Assembly (NCBI GenBank): GCA_052327205.1
Contig: CM126230.1
Span: 12,462,001-12,526,000 of the forward strand
DNA: 64,000 nucleotides
Direction of reading: 5' to 3'
Origin: Somniosus microcephalus
Lineage: Eukaryota
The translations under genes were made by a program, and so were the position numbers. The stretch's first letter is position 1. Each line of letters begins with the position of its first letter. The notes under the pieces are model-generated. The model did not search any database and was not told where the DNA came from. It saw only the letters and a program-made list of their open reading frames with translations. Below are positions 11,208 to 21,820 of the stretch, in pieces.

Positions 11208-11437
11208 TGTGGTAAACCACTGTATTGTATATTGCCACCTCTGGGTGGCGCTGTGTATGGAGGCATGCCTCAGCTGACTCCACCCACCACTGTGTGGGTT
11301 TCGTTCAGACTTGTTCAGTCACTCACGAAGAAGCATGGTCTCTTCTTAGCTAATAAAAGCCTTATTCATCTCTTCTTTCGACTCGTCATCTCTTCTTCAA
11401 CTCATCACCTTTTATGAAGTAATTGATAAGCGTATCA
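11208..11437 (+). repeat. 3' LTR
   Basis: Identical to the 5' LTR; followed by the CTCCC TSD. Confidence 0.95.
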
Positions 11438-12979
11438 CTCCCTCCCAATCGCACGCTCCCTCCTGATCGCCCCCTCCCTCCCTCCTGATCGCCCCCTCCC
11501 TCCTGATCGCCCTCTCCCTCCTGATCGCCCTCTCCCTCCCTCCTGATTTCCCGTCCCTCCCGATCACCCCCTGCCTATCGCTCCCTCCCTCCCGATCACT
11601 CCCTCCCTCCCTCCCTCGCGATCACCCCCTCCCTCCCGATCACCCCCTCCCTCCCAAACGATTGCACCCTCCCTCCTCATTGCCCCCTCCCTCCTGATCG
11701 CCCCCCTCCCTCCCGATCGCCCCCCCCTCCCACCCTCCGTCCCGATCACCCCCTCCCTTCTGATCACTCCCTCCCGATCGCCCCTTCCCTCCTGATCACC
11801 CCCTCCCTCCCAATCGCCCCCTCCCTCCCGATCACCACCTCCCTCCCGATCACCCCCTCCCTCCCAAACGATCGCACCCTCCCTCCTCATCGCCCCCTCC
11901 CTCCTGATCTCCCCCTCCCTCCCGATCGCCCCCTCTCTCCTGATTGCCCCCCCTCCCGATTGACCCCTCCCTCCCTCCCGATCACCCTCTCTCTCCCAAT
12001 CGCCCCTTCCTCCTGATCGCCCCCTCCCTCCCTCCTGATCGCCCCCTCCCTCCCGATCACCCCCTCCCTCCTGATCACCCCTCCCTCTTGATCTCCCCCC
12101 CACCTCTCCCAGGACCTACCTGAGGGCCGTGCCAGCGACACAGTGACCTTAAATTGAAACCCTCTTTGCCGGCGAGCTGCCTGGCGACGCCCAGTCTAAA
12201 TGTGACCCAATATCAGGTGCGCCTTGGTCTGGCCCGCTGCGGTGCAGCGATCGTTCCCTCACCCAGGCACAAACCAATTTCTCGGACTACATCTCTTAAA
12301 GAACACAGCAGGAGCCCTAACACACTAAGAATTTGAATTCAGGCATTCTGTGGAATATTTGTAAAATTGCTGTTATTATCACATCACAGAGCGTGTTAAA
12401 AACAGTGCTAAAATCACATGCAAGATTACACAATTCATACCAACACATTAGCCTAATTCAGCAACGCCGATAAAAAAACCACAGGGGTGTGAAATATCTA
12501 TCAACACTATAATTGCACAGTATTCCATTGTAGTTTAGGCCAAAACAGCATTTAAAGGTATCAACACATCACTTGTAATACACACCTTTATTTTAGAGGC
12601 TCGGAGGATTTGTCTCCTCGTTCCCCGGCTAATTGTAGAAGTTAGCTTTTCTTTGAGAGGCGGCTGGCACATGACAAGGAAATGGGGAGTAATTACTGTT
12701 CTGACAATAAGATACAAGAGGGTCTTGACAGAAAGCATTTGGAACTCTAAAGGGCAGGGGAGTATGCCACAGGGAAAGAGGCTGGGAAAGGAAACAGATT
12801 GTCAGGGATTACGCCACCGAGTCAAATCAGGTCCTAACCCTCTGAGACTGAGATCAGAGAGTAGCCACAGAAGCAGCAGAGAGATCCCTGACTCCACAGA
12901 AAGGACATTCTCAAGGTTTCACCCTAACGGTTTTAAGGCTACAATATGAAAGAAAGAAAAAACAAACAAACGGAAGAAA

Positions 12980-13270
12980 GATTTGCATTTATATTGCGTC
13001 TTTCATGACCTCAGGTCGTCCCAATGAAGTACTTTTGAAGTGTAGTCACTGTTGTAATGTCAGAAATGCGTCAGCTATTTGGCACACAGCAAGCTTCCAC
13101 AAACAACAATTAGATTATGACCAGATAATTTGCTTTAGTGATGTTGGGTGACAGATAAATATTGGCCAGGACACCGGGGAGAGCTCCCCTGCTCTTCTTC
13201 GAGTACTGTCACGGGATCTTTTACGTCCACCTTAGAGGGCAGACGGTTTAACATCTCATCTGAAAGACGG
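12980..13270 (-). mobile_element. Deu-domain SINE (SacSINE1-like), 5'-truncated
   Basis: Deu-core-like CCCTGCTCTTCTTCG...GGGATCTTTTACGTCCACC...CTCATCTGAAAGAC; homologous to the copies at 14.2, 20.5 and 60.7 kb. Confidence 0.8.
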
Positions 13271-13934
13271 GTGTCTGGAGTAAAACATGTTTAGGATATG
13301 GCTGCATCACTCAGTATTATAACAAAATACTACACTACTATGGCATACACCAAGAGCCATGCACTCTTCCATTGGGTTCAAAATATGAGATTTCAAGAGA
13401 CACTGGTGCTCAGTTTGTGCAAGGCCTTGGTGGTGTACTGCTCTAAACAATGGAATGATTTGCAAGGCGCTCCCCAGCTGTGTTATACCACACAGTGTCT
13501 TCTCAGTCTTGGCTGGGTTGCCTTGTGGAAGCAAGGAGTGGCACGTGCTTTCCCCAATCGGGAAGGAAGGAAAGCTGAAGGGAATGTCTCAACAGCATTA
13601 CTCTTGTTAACTTGCAAAAGGACAGCTATAAAGAACTATTGACACCCCCAAACCTACGATCTCTGTATTGATTTCTTTGTGGGTTCAATGACGAGACATT
13701 TATGAAAGAGAATGTCTTTTAATCTAAAGTCTGTTCAACTCTTTATACAGCATTCAGGAGACACCTTGCTAGTGATGCATCTAGAACGAAACTGAAACTA
13801 AACCCAAACTGCTTGTCTCTCACATGACCTCTGCTGGTCAGGCATAAGTAATCAATACCTGCAAACATGCTATTAAGGCATCATAATCGAACAGGCAAAT
13901 ACCATCTCTATTTGCTGATATCATTACAATCTCC

Positions 13935-14135
13935 ACCACCTAGAAGGTCAAGGACAGGAGCTGCAGGAGAACACCATCACCTCCAAGTTAACTTCAAAAT
14001 CACACACTATTCTGAATTGGACATATATCGCCATTCCTTCATCGTTGCTGGGTCATAATCCAGGAACTCCCTCCCTAACAGCACTGTGGGAGTACCTTCA
14101 CCACACGGACTGCAGCGGTTCAAGATGAAGGCTCG
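13935..14135 (+). mobile_element. LINE (L2/CR1-group) 3' fragment
   Basis: GGAACTCCCTCCCTAACAGCACTGTGGG...GGACTGCAGCGGTTCAAG resembles the WNSLP-region end of a LINE ORF2. Confidence 0.6.
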
Positions 14136-14137
14136 CA

Positions 14138-14480
14138 GAATTTGCACACAGCAAGCTCCCACAAACATTAATGTGATAATGACCAGATCATCTGTTTTAG
14201 TGATGTTGATTGAGGGATAAATATTGGCCCAGGACACTGGGGATAACTCTCCTGCTCTTCTTCGAAATAGTGTCATGGGATCTTTTGCGTCCACCTGAGA
14301 GAGCAGACCGGTTTAATGTCTCATCCGAAAGACAGCACCTCCAACAGTGCAGCACTCCCTCAGCACTGCACTGGAGTGTCAGTCTAAATTTATGTGCTCA
14401 AGTCTCTGGAGTGGGACTTGAACCCATGACCTTCTGACTCAGAGGTTAGTGGTCTACTCACTGAGCCATGGCTGACACTG
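14138..14480 (-). mobile_element. Deu-domain SINE (SacSINE1-like) with tRNA-derived head
   Basis: Deu core plus head with a B-box-like GGTTCAAGTCCC on the minus strand. Confidence 0.8.
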
Positions 14481-14879
14481 TTCCTTTTTATGGTGTTTAT
14501 TCAAAGGATTAATAGTCCATTGGTTATTTGGACCTAAGGCTGCTTAAGTGGCCATCGCTGCATCACGATTGGGAAAGAAATGCATGTCCTGTGGCATAAC
14601 AAGGACAATCTGTTAGAAAGTTCCACACTTCCTATGTTTCTTGTTTTGTGTTTTCACCAGAACATAACGGCTCCTCTGAGGATTTCCGGGCAATTCTCAC
14701 CAGTAACACAGGAGGAACCGTAAGCCCATCAGTGTTGAGAGATTTAGCCGCACTTCTGTCAAAACTCGTTGGGGGCAATTCTAACTTTTGACAATAGTGC
14801 AAAATGGGTGAGATCAAATCAGTTGTCTGTTATAGATCTCTCCTGCCCAATATCTGCGATAATATTTATCTACTACCTA

Positions 14880-15275
14880 AGTAACATAGGAATAGGAGGA
14901 AGCAATTCGAACCTGCTCCACCATTCAATTCGTTTATGGTTGCTCTGTACCTCAATCCCATTTACCCGCCTTTGCTCCATATGCCTTGATACCGTTACCG
15001 AACAAAAATCTACCCGTCTCAGCCTTGAAAGCTCCAGTTGATCCCCAACATCCAAAGCCTTTTGGGGGAGAGAGTTCCAGATTTCTGCTAACATTTGCGG
15101 GAAGATACGCTTCCTGATTTCACTACTGAAGGGCCCAGCTCTAATTTTAAGAATATGGCCTCCTGTTCTGGATTCCCCTGCCAGAGGAAGTACATTCCCT
15201 TTATCTACCCTATCGAATCCTTTTATCATTTTAAACACCTCAAACAGATCGACCTTCAATCTTCTAAACTCTTCT
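14880..15275 (-). mobile_element. CR1 LINE 3' fragment
   Basis: Translation EEFRRLKVDLFEVFKMIKGFDRVD...IWNSLPQKA followed by a CR1 3' UTR. Confidence 0.85.
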
Positions 15276-15432
15276 AAAGGGAAGCTAGATAAGCACATGA
15301 GGGAGAAAAGAATAGAAGGATATGCTGACAGGGTGAGATGAAGAGGGGTGGGAGGAGGCTCGTGTGGAGCAGAAACACTGGCATAGACCAGTTGGGCCTG
15401 TTTCTGTGCTGTAAGTTCCATGTAATTCTATG
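15276..15432 (+). mobile_element. CR1 LINE 3' tail fragment
   Basis: Near-identical to the tail of the CR1 at 60117-60275. Confidence 0.75.
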
Positions 15433-16189
15433 GAAACTCAAGGGAATACCAGCCAAGTTTATGCAACCTGTCCTCTTAATTTGTCCCTTTAACACCTAGT
15501 ATCATTCTGGTGAATCTGCACTGCATCCCCTCCAAGGCAAATATATCTTAAGATAAAACCTTATACAACTTAAGATGCCAGTAATCTTGTTTGTTCTTCT
15601 CCTAACCCTCCCCCACCCACCAAATCCTAATTCTCAGTTAGTCATGTTGGCCCTGGCATTCATGGCCGTTCTGGTGGGCTCCTGCCATAGCTTCAGTGAG
15701 ATTCTGCCAGAATGGCTGCAAACTCAGCCTGGACCTGGATACACCTGGGCGCAGATTCTCGGAGAGGTTACTAGCCTTCAACATGTGGGGTGGCGAGACC
15801 GGAGGCAGAGACTACCTAAATCAACAGTTCCATTCTCCGGCCCTCAGTTGGCATCTGGCATGAGGTCACTGTAAGTACACCTGGTATGCCTTGCTGGCAG
15901 GGGATGATGTGAGGTCACTCAAGGGTCCAGGCCAGGATCGGGGCCTTCACCCCCAAAGATGAGGAGCCAATTTTTATATGTACGAGAGAGAGAGAGAGAG
16001 AGATAATACAAGCGGCCCCCTTTCTCAGGGGACCACTGGGGGCAGCCCTTTCCGAAGTGGCACCCATCACTCCCCCCCAGTTCACCAGTTCAGCAAGCTA
16101 TAGCCAGCATTTCTGGGCTCTTTGAGGGGGGGAAGTGGAGTGCCCCAAACTACTTCTCACGACCCCGCCCCTAATCGCATGACCTTTGA

Positions 16190-16678
16190 TGGTGTCAGCG
16201 AGGGAGCGCAGATTCACCAGAATGACACCGGGGCTAAAAGGATTAAATTATGAGGGCAGGTTGCACAGACTAGGCTTATATCCCCTCAAGTATAGAAAAT
16301 TAAGGGGTGATCTAATCGAGGTGTTTAAGATGATTAAAGGATTTGATAGGGTAGAGAGAGAGAAACGATTTCCTCTGGTGGGAGAGTCCAGAAAAAGGGG
16401 ACATAACCTTTAAATTAGAGCCAGGCCGTTCAGGGGTGATGTCAGGAAGCACTTCTTCACACAAAGGGTGGTGGAAATCTGGAACTCTCCCCCCCCAAAA
16501 AGCTGTTTAGGCTGAGGGTCAACTGAAAATGTCAAAACTGAGATTGATAGATTGTTGTTAGGGAATGGTATTAAGGGTTACGGAACCAAGATGGAGTTAA
16601 GATACATATCACCCATGATCTAACTGAGTGGCAGAAAAGGTTCAAGAGCTGAATGGCCTCCTTCTGTTCCTATGTTCC
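16190..16678 (+). mobile_element. CR1 LINE 3' fragment
   Basis: RRFTRMTPGLKGLNYEGRLHRLGLY...RGDLIEVFK; 3' stem-loop and TGTTCCTA tail. Confidence 0.88.
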
Positions 16679-17569
16679 GAAGAACATTATTTGTTTCTTA
16701 TTCCTCCCTCCCCAAAGGCTTTCTTTTTCTCAGTTATTTACGTGATGATAAATATATTTTTCTCCACCTCAGCCCCCGCTTTCTGTGGTTGATTTTCCAC
16801 GGTAGCTCTTGCTAAAGCTATCACTGGTGCAGTACCTCACCAGGAAGGGTTGTCCCACTGTCAAGTCTCCAATGGGCAACACCTTGAGGAGGTCCAATGG
16901 ACCGAGCCTTACTAGCTGACTGACTCCAGCTGTAATGTCCCAGGTTGGCAACAAAATCCTTCAAAAACATCCTTCTCCAGAACCATCAGAAGTCCTGCTC
17001 AACAACACAAAGAAACCTTATTCCAAATTAGCCCCAAGTCTTCCTATTTAATGGTGAATGAATGAAATTATGGAATTAAATGAAGAATTTTTTTTTTTTT
17101 GCTTTTTCACTTTTTCTCTGTCATTTGCACCTCATAATTGCTCTTTTGATATGTTCTGTCTGGTTATCATGCACAAGGCTGTCATGCCTGTTGTAGATTC
17201 GCAGGAGCAGGGTGAAAACTACAACTTTTGTGATGCATTTATCTCACACACAGAACTGGTTACAAAGCTGGAAATGTTCAGAAGCTGAGTGAAATTCCCA
17301 CTGCTGGGCCTAAAGTGGAATCAAAGTGAGAAGGGCAGGGTTGGGCAGACACAACTTCTTGCAGGTACGTTTGACTTTAAATAACTAATTAATCTTAAAT
17401 GTAGTGACAATTTTGCAGAATGGTTTTTTTTATTTGTGTGTTCTGTTATGTGTTTTTTTGCTGCATAAATTTTATGTGAGGATGGAAATGAGTTCTGAAA
17501 AATTGTTTAAGAAAATTGATTGGTTTGATTTGCAGTAGTTGTTGGTTTCTAATTGAACAAAAACACTGT

Positions 17570-18072
17570 AATTTGATTGGTTGAGTTTGTGCCGGTTGTT
17601 GATTATTTGATTGGTTGGGTTTGTTGATTACGATTGGTTGGGTTTGTTGATTATGATTGGTTGGGTTTGTTGATTATGATTGGTTGGGTTTGTGCTGGTT
17701 GTTGATTACGATTGGTTGGGTTTGTGCTGGTTGTTGCTTATGATTGGTTGAGTTTGTTGATTATGATTGGTTGTGTTTGTGCTGGTTGTTGATTATGATT
17801 GGTTGAGTTTGTTGATTATGATTGGTTGGGTTTGTTGATTACGATTGGTTGGGTTTGTGCTGGTTGTTGATTATGATTGGTTGGGTTTGTGGCGGTTGTT
17901 GATTATGATTGGTTGGGCTTGTGGTGGTTGTTGATTCTGATTGGTTGGGTTTGTGGTGGTTGTGGTTTATGACTGGTTGGACTTGTGGTGGTTGTGGATT
18001 ATGATTGGTTGGGTTTGTGGCGGTTATTTAATATGATTGGTTGGGTTTGTGTGGTTTCTTGATTATTTGATT
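17570..18072. repeat. T/G-rich minisatellite with 22/32-bp units (GATTGGTTGGGTTTGT[GCTGGTTGT]TGATTAT)
   Basis: Many tandem GATTGGTTG-anchored units. Confidence 0.9.
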
Positions 18073-19377
18073 GATAGCTTTCCCTATATATCAATACTTG
18101 AGCAAATTAGAATGGTTAATTTAATAGGTAGTAGTTAGTTGAACGATGAAAATTATCCAGCAGAACAATTAGAAGTTAGAAACTTTGGAGGGAGCATTTT
18201 GAGTTTTACAACACTTAAAGTGAATTAGAAAGAAAGAACTTGCAAGAGATATTAAAATCAATGGAATTTTTTTTAAAATAATTATATCAGGAAAAAGTGT
18301 GTGGTCCTCTTGAAACCTGATAATGGAGATATTGTCAATGATAATAAGGAAATGGCGGACATGTTGAATAATTACTTTGCATCAGTATTTACAGTAGAGA
18401 AAGTGGATAGCATGCCGGACATCCCAAGGAAACTAATATTGAATCAGGGACAGGGACTCAACAAAATTAACGTAAGCGAATGGCACTAAAGAGTGACAAA
18501 TCCCCAGGACCAGATGGTTTCCATCCCCGGATTTTAAAGGAAGTAGGCAAGTACACTGCAGATGCCTTCACTTTAATCTTCCAAAGTTCTCTCCATTCAG
18601 GAACTGTTCCTTTAGATTGGAAAATTGCGCATGTCACTTCGCTATTTAAGAATGGTGAGAGTCGGAAACCAGGGAATTATAGTCCAGTTAGCCTAACATC
18701 TGTTGTTGGGAAATTATTCGAGTCTATAATAAAGGATAAGGTGACTGAACACCTCGAATATTTTCAGCTGATCAGAGAGAGCCAGCATGGATTTGTGAAA
18801 GGTAGGTCATGCCTGACAAACCTGATTGAATTTTTTGAAGAGGTGACTAAAGTAGTGGACAGGGGAATGTCTATGGATGTTATTTATACAGACTTCCAGA
18901 AGGCATTTGATAAAGTCCCACATAAGAGAGTGTTAACTAAGGTTAAAGCCCATGGAATTGAGAGCAAATTATTGATCTGGTTCGGAAATTGGCTGAGTGG
19001 CAGGAGACAGAGTAGGGATAATGGGCAGGTACTCAAATTGGCAGGATGTGACTAGTGGTGTCCCGCAGGGATTTATGTTGGGGCCTCAACTATTCACAGT
19101 ATTTATTAACGACTTAGATGATGGCACAGAAAGTCATATATCCAAATTTGCCAATGACACAAAGATAGGCGGCATTGTAGGCAGTGTAGATGAAAGCATA
19201 AAATTACAAAGGGACATCGACACATTAAGTGAATGGGCAAAACTGTGACAAATGGATTTCAATGTTAGCAAATGTGAGGACATCCACTTTGGACCTAAAA
19301 AGGATAGAACAGGGTACTTTCTAAATGGTGAAAATCTAAAAACAGTGGAGGTTCAAAGAGACTTGGGGGTCCAGGTA

Positions 19378-19646
19378 CAGGAAACTCTTTTTTATCCGGC
19401 ACCGACGGGACCGGCGTGGTGCCGGTTGATCAAAAAGTCCGGATTACAGAGAGGTATACTTACTAAGGTACGAGAGCCCCGTACACGGCCACAGATCCAG
19501 GCGTCCCTGTTGCATGGCAACAGGTGCAGGAACCCCGGTTACACGACCACTAATATGAAGAAAAACTTACCTGAACCTACTCCTGAATTTTGCCGGTTAA
19601 GAGAGATTTCTGGTTATTTAGATGCCGGTAAAAAGAGAGTTTCCTG
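19378..19646. mobile_element. MITE (Tc1/mariner-pogo type), 269 bp
   Basis: ~24-bp imperfect TIRs CAGGAAACTCT...AGAGTTTCCTG; TA TSD. Removing it restores the CR1 sequence GGTCCAGGTACATAGATC. Confidence 0.9.
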
Positions 19647-20021
19647 TACATAGATCATTAAAATGTCATGAACAAGTACAGAAAATATTCAAAAAGGCTA
19701 ATACAATGCTGGCCTTTATATCTAGAGGACTAGAATACAAGGGGGTAGAGGTTTTGCTACAGCGATACAAAGCCCTGGTTAGACCACACCTGGAGCACTG
19801 TGTTCAGTTCTGGGCACCACAACCTAGGAAGGATATATTGGCCTTGGAGGGAGTGCAGCGTAGGTTTACCAGAATGATACCTGGACTCCAGGGGTTAAAT
19901 TACGAGGAGGTGATTGCATGATTGTATTCCCTGGAACTTAGTAGGTTAAGGGGTGATTTGATCGAAGTTTGCAAGATATTAAGGGGAACAGATAGAGTAG
20001 ATAGAGAGAAACTCTTTCCGC

Positions 20022-20122
20022 CAGTTCTGATGAAGGGTCATCGACCTGAAACGTTAACTCTGATTCTCTCTCCACAGATGCTGCCTGACCTACTGAGTAT
20101 TTCCAGCATTTTCTGTTTTTAT
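20022..20122 (+). mobile_element. 101-bp retroposed Penelope-type terminal-repeat fragment
   Basis: Flanked by a 12-bp TSD AACTCTTTCCGC (20010-20021, 20123-20134); contains a hammerhead core. Confidence 0.8.
20023..20059 (+). ncRNA. Minimal type I hammerhead ribozyme motif
   Basis: AGTT-CTGATGA-AG-GGTC-ATC-GACC-T-GAAAC-GTT-AACT: conserved CUGAUGA and GAAA boxes, stem II GGTC/GACC, palindromic AACGTT stem III, stem I AGTT/AACT. Confidence 0.72.
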
Positions 20123-20424
20123 AACTCTTTCCGCTGGTTGGGGAGTCTAGGATTAGGGGACATACTCTAAAAATTAGAGCCAGACCTTTCAGGAGTGATT
20201 CTACACACAAAGGGTGGGAGAAGTTTGGAACTCTCTTCCGCAAACGGCAGTTGATGCTAGATCAATTGTTAATTTTAAATCTGAAATTGATAGATTTTTG
20301 TTAACCAAAGGTATTAAGGGATACGGGGCAAAGGCGGGTATACGGAGTTAGGGCACAGGTCAGCCATGATCTCATTGAATGGCAGAACAGGCTCAAGGTG
20401 CTAAATGGCCTACCCATGTTCCTA

Positions 20425-21165
20425 TTTATGTAGCATCTTTCACATCCTCAGGATGTTTCAAAGCGATTCACAGCCAAAGAAATATTTTTGAAGTGCAGTT
20501 ACTGTTGTAAGATAGGCAGACATGGCAGCCAATTTACCCACAACAAGCTCCCATAAACAGCAAGGATGTAAAGGACTGGATAATCTGTTCCCATGGTGTT
20601 GGTTGAGGGATAAGCACTGCCCAGGATACTGGGAGAACTCCCTGCTCAGACATCACAGACATCACAGAAACCCCACAGTGCAGATAGAGGCCATTTCGGC
20701 CCATCGAGCCTGCACCGACACATAACCCACCCTATCCCCGTAACCCCATGTATTTAATCCCCCTAACACTAAGGGTCAATTTATCATGGCCAATCAACCT
20801 AACCCGCACATCTTTGGACTGTGGGAGGAAACCGGAGCACCCGGAGAAAACCCACGCAAACACGGGGAGAATGTGCAAACTCCACACAGACAGTCACCCG
20901 AGGCCAGATTCGAACCCGGGTCCCTGGCGCTGTGAGGCAACAGTGCTAACCACTATGCCACCGTGCTCCTTCTTCAAATCGTGCCACAGGATATTTTATG
21001 TTCACCTGAAAGGGCAGGTTTAGCAGCTCATCTGAAAGACGGCACCTTTGACTTTGCAATGAAGTGTCAGGCTAGATTATGTGTTCACATATCATGAGAG
21101 GGGCTTGAACCCACAACCTTCTGACTCGGAAGCAAGAGTGTTACCACTGAGCCACAGCTGACATC
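20425..21165 (-). mobile_element. Deu-domain SINE (SacSINE1-like), split by a V-SINE
   Basis: Tail, Deu core and tRNA-like head are collinear on either side of 20648-20967. Confidence 0.78.
20648..20967 (-). mobile_element. HE1-type V-SINE (tRNA-derived)
   Basis: Minus strand GCACGGTGGCATAGTGGTTAGC (A box), GGGTTCGAATC (B box), V-domain GTGTGGAGTTTGCACATTCTCCCCGTG, CR1-like tail. Confidence 0.88.
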
Positions 21166-21284
21166 TAAAGATCAACTCTCAATGATTAGAGGCCTGTCAT
21201 TGGTAGCGGTAAGGGTAGCAGAAATTTGAAGTGATGAATTAAGAGCATCCCCGTGTCCTGAAACTAAGACTCAATGTACTGATA

Positions 21285-21820
21285 TGTGCCTTTGTCACCG
21301 CCAGCCTGGACTACTCCAATGCTCTCTTGGCCGGCCTCCCAGCATCCACTCTCCACAAACTTCAGATCATCTAAAACTCTGCTGCCCTTTCACCCCTGTC
21401 CTCAGTGAACTTCATTGGCTCCTGGTTCACCAAAGCTTCAAATTCAAAATTCTCATCTTTGTTTTTAGATCCCTCCATGACCTCGCCCCCTCCTTATCTC
21501 TGTAACCTTCTATAGCATTACAGACCCCCAAAACGCTCTGGCCCCCTGACTCTAGGCCCTTGAACCACACCCGCACCCTCCCTTCACCCCACTGTTGGTG
21601 GCTGCCTTCAACTGCCTAGGCCTGTCATTGGTCGGGTAGCAGAAGTGCTCAATGCGCTATGCTCTGGAATTCTCTCCCTAAAACCCTCTTTCTCTCCACC
21701 TCTCTCTACTTTTTTAAGACCCTCCTTAAATTCCACCTCTTTGACCAAGTATTTCATCACCCCATCTAATATCTCCTTTGGCTTGGCGCCCATTTTTGAT
21801 TATGCCTCTGTTAAATGTTT
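21285..21820 (+). mobile_element. L2 LINE 3' fragment
   Basis: GCCTTTGTCACC...GGACTACTCCAATGCTCT, TPVL-x-LHWL...FKIL motifs and an L2-type tail. Confidence 0.8.

Larger units (their letters stand above)
7085..11437 (+). mobile_element. Full-length Ty3/Gypsy LTR retrotransposon (Mag-like)
   Basis: Identical 230-bp LTRs (7085-7314, 11208-11437); 5-bp TSD CTCCC (7080-7084, 11438-11442); domain order gag-PR-RT-RH-IN; polypurine tract before the 3' LTR. Confidence 0.97.
1..12100. repeat. C-rich minisatellite, ~17-18 bp degenerate unit (CC[C/T]GATC[G/A]CCCCCTCCCT), interrupted by LTR insertions; runs off the window's left edge
   Basis: Hundreds of GATC-centred units with extreme C/T strand bias. 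The Pro/Ser- and Gly/Arg-rich ORFs are translations of the repeat. Confidence 0.95.
18230..20425 (+). mobile_element. Degenerate 5'-truncated CR1 LINE (RT pseudogene), interrupted by a MITE and a hammerhead-bearing insertion
   Basis: KSPGPDGFHPRILKE, QHGFVKGRSCLTNL, GVPQG and FAND motifs across frameshifts and stops; CR1 3' UTR. Confidence 0.92.

Noticed and set aside
17190-17370. Possible plus-strand exon ending GCAG|GTACGT
   Set aside because: Acceptor ambiguous and no recognisable coding signal; cannot be supported from sequence alone.
20890-20967. tRNA gene (also 62330-62400, 14405-14480)
   Set aside because: The A/B boxes belong to tRNA-derived SINE heads that continue into SINE bodies; there is no proper acceptor stem.
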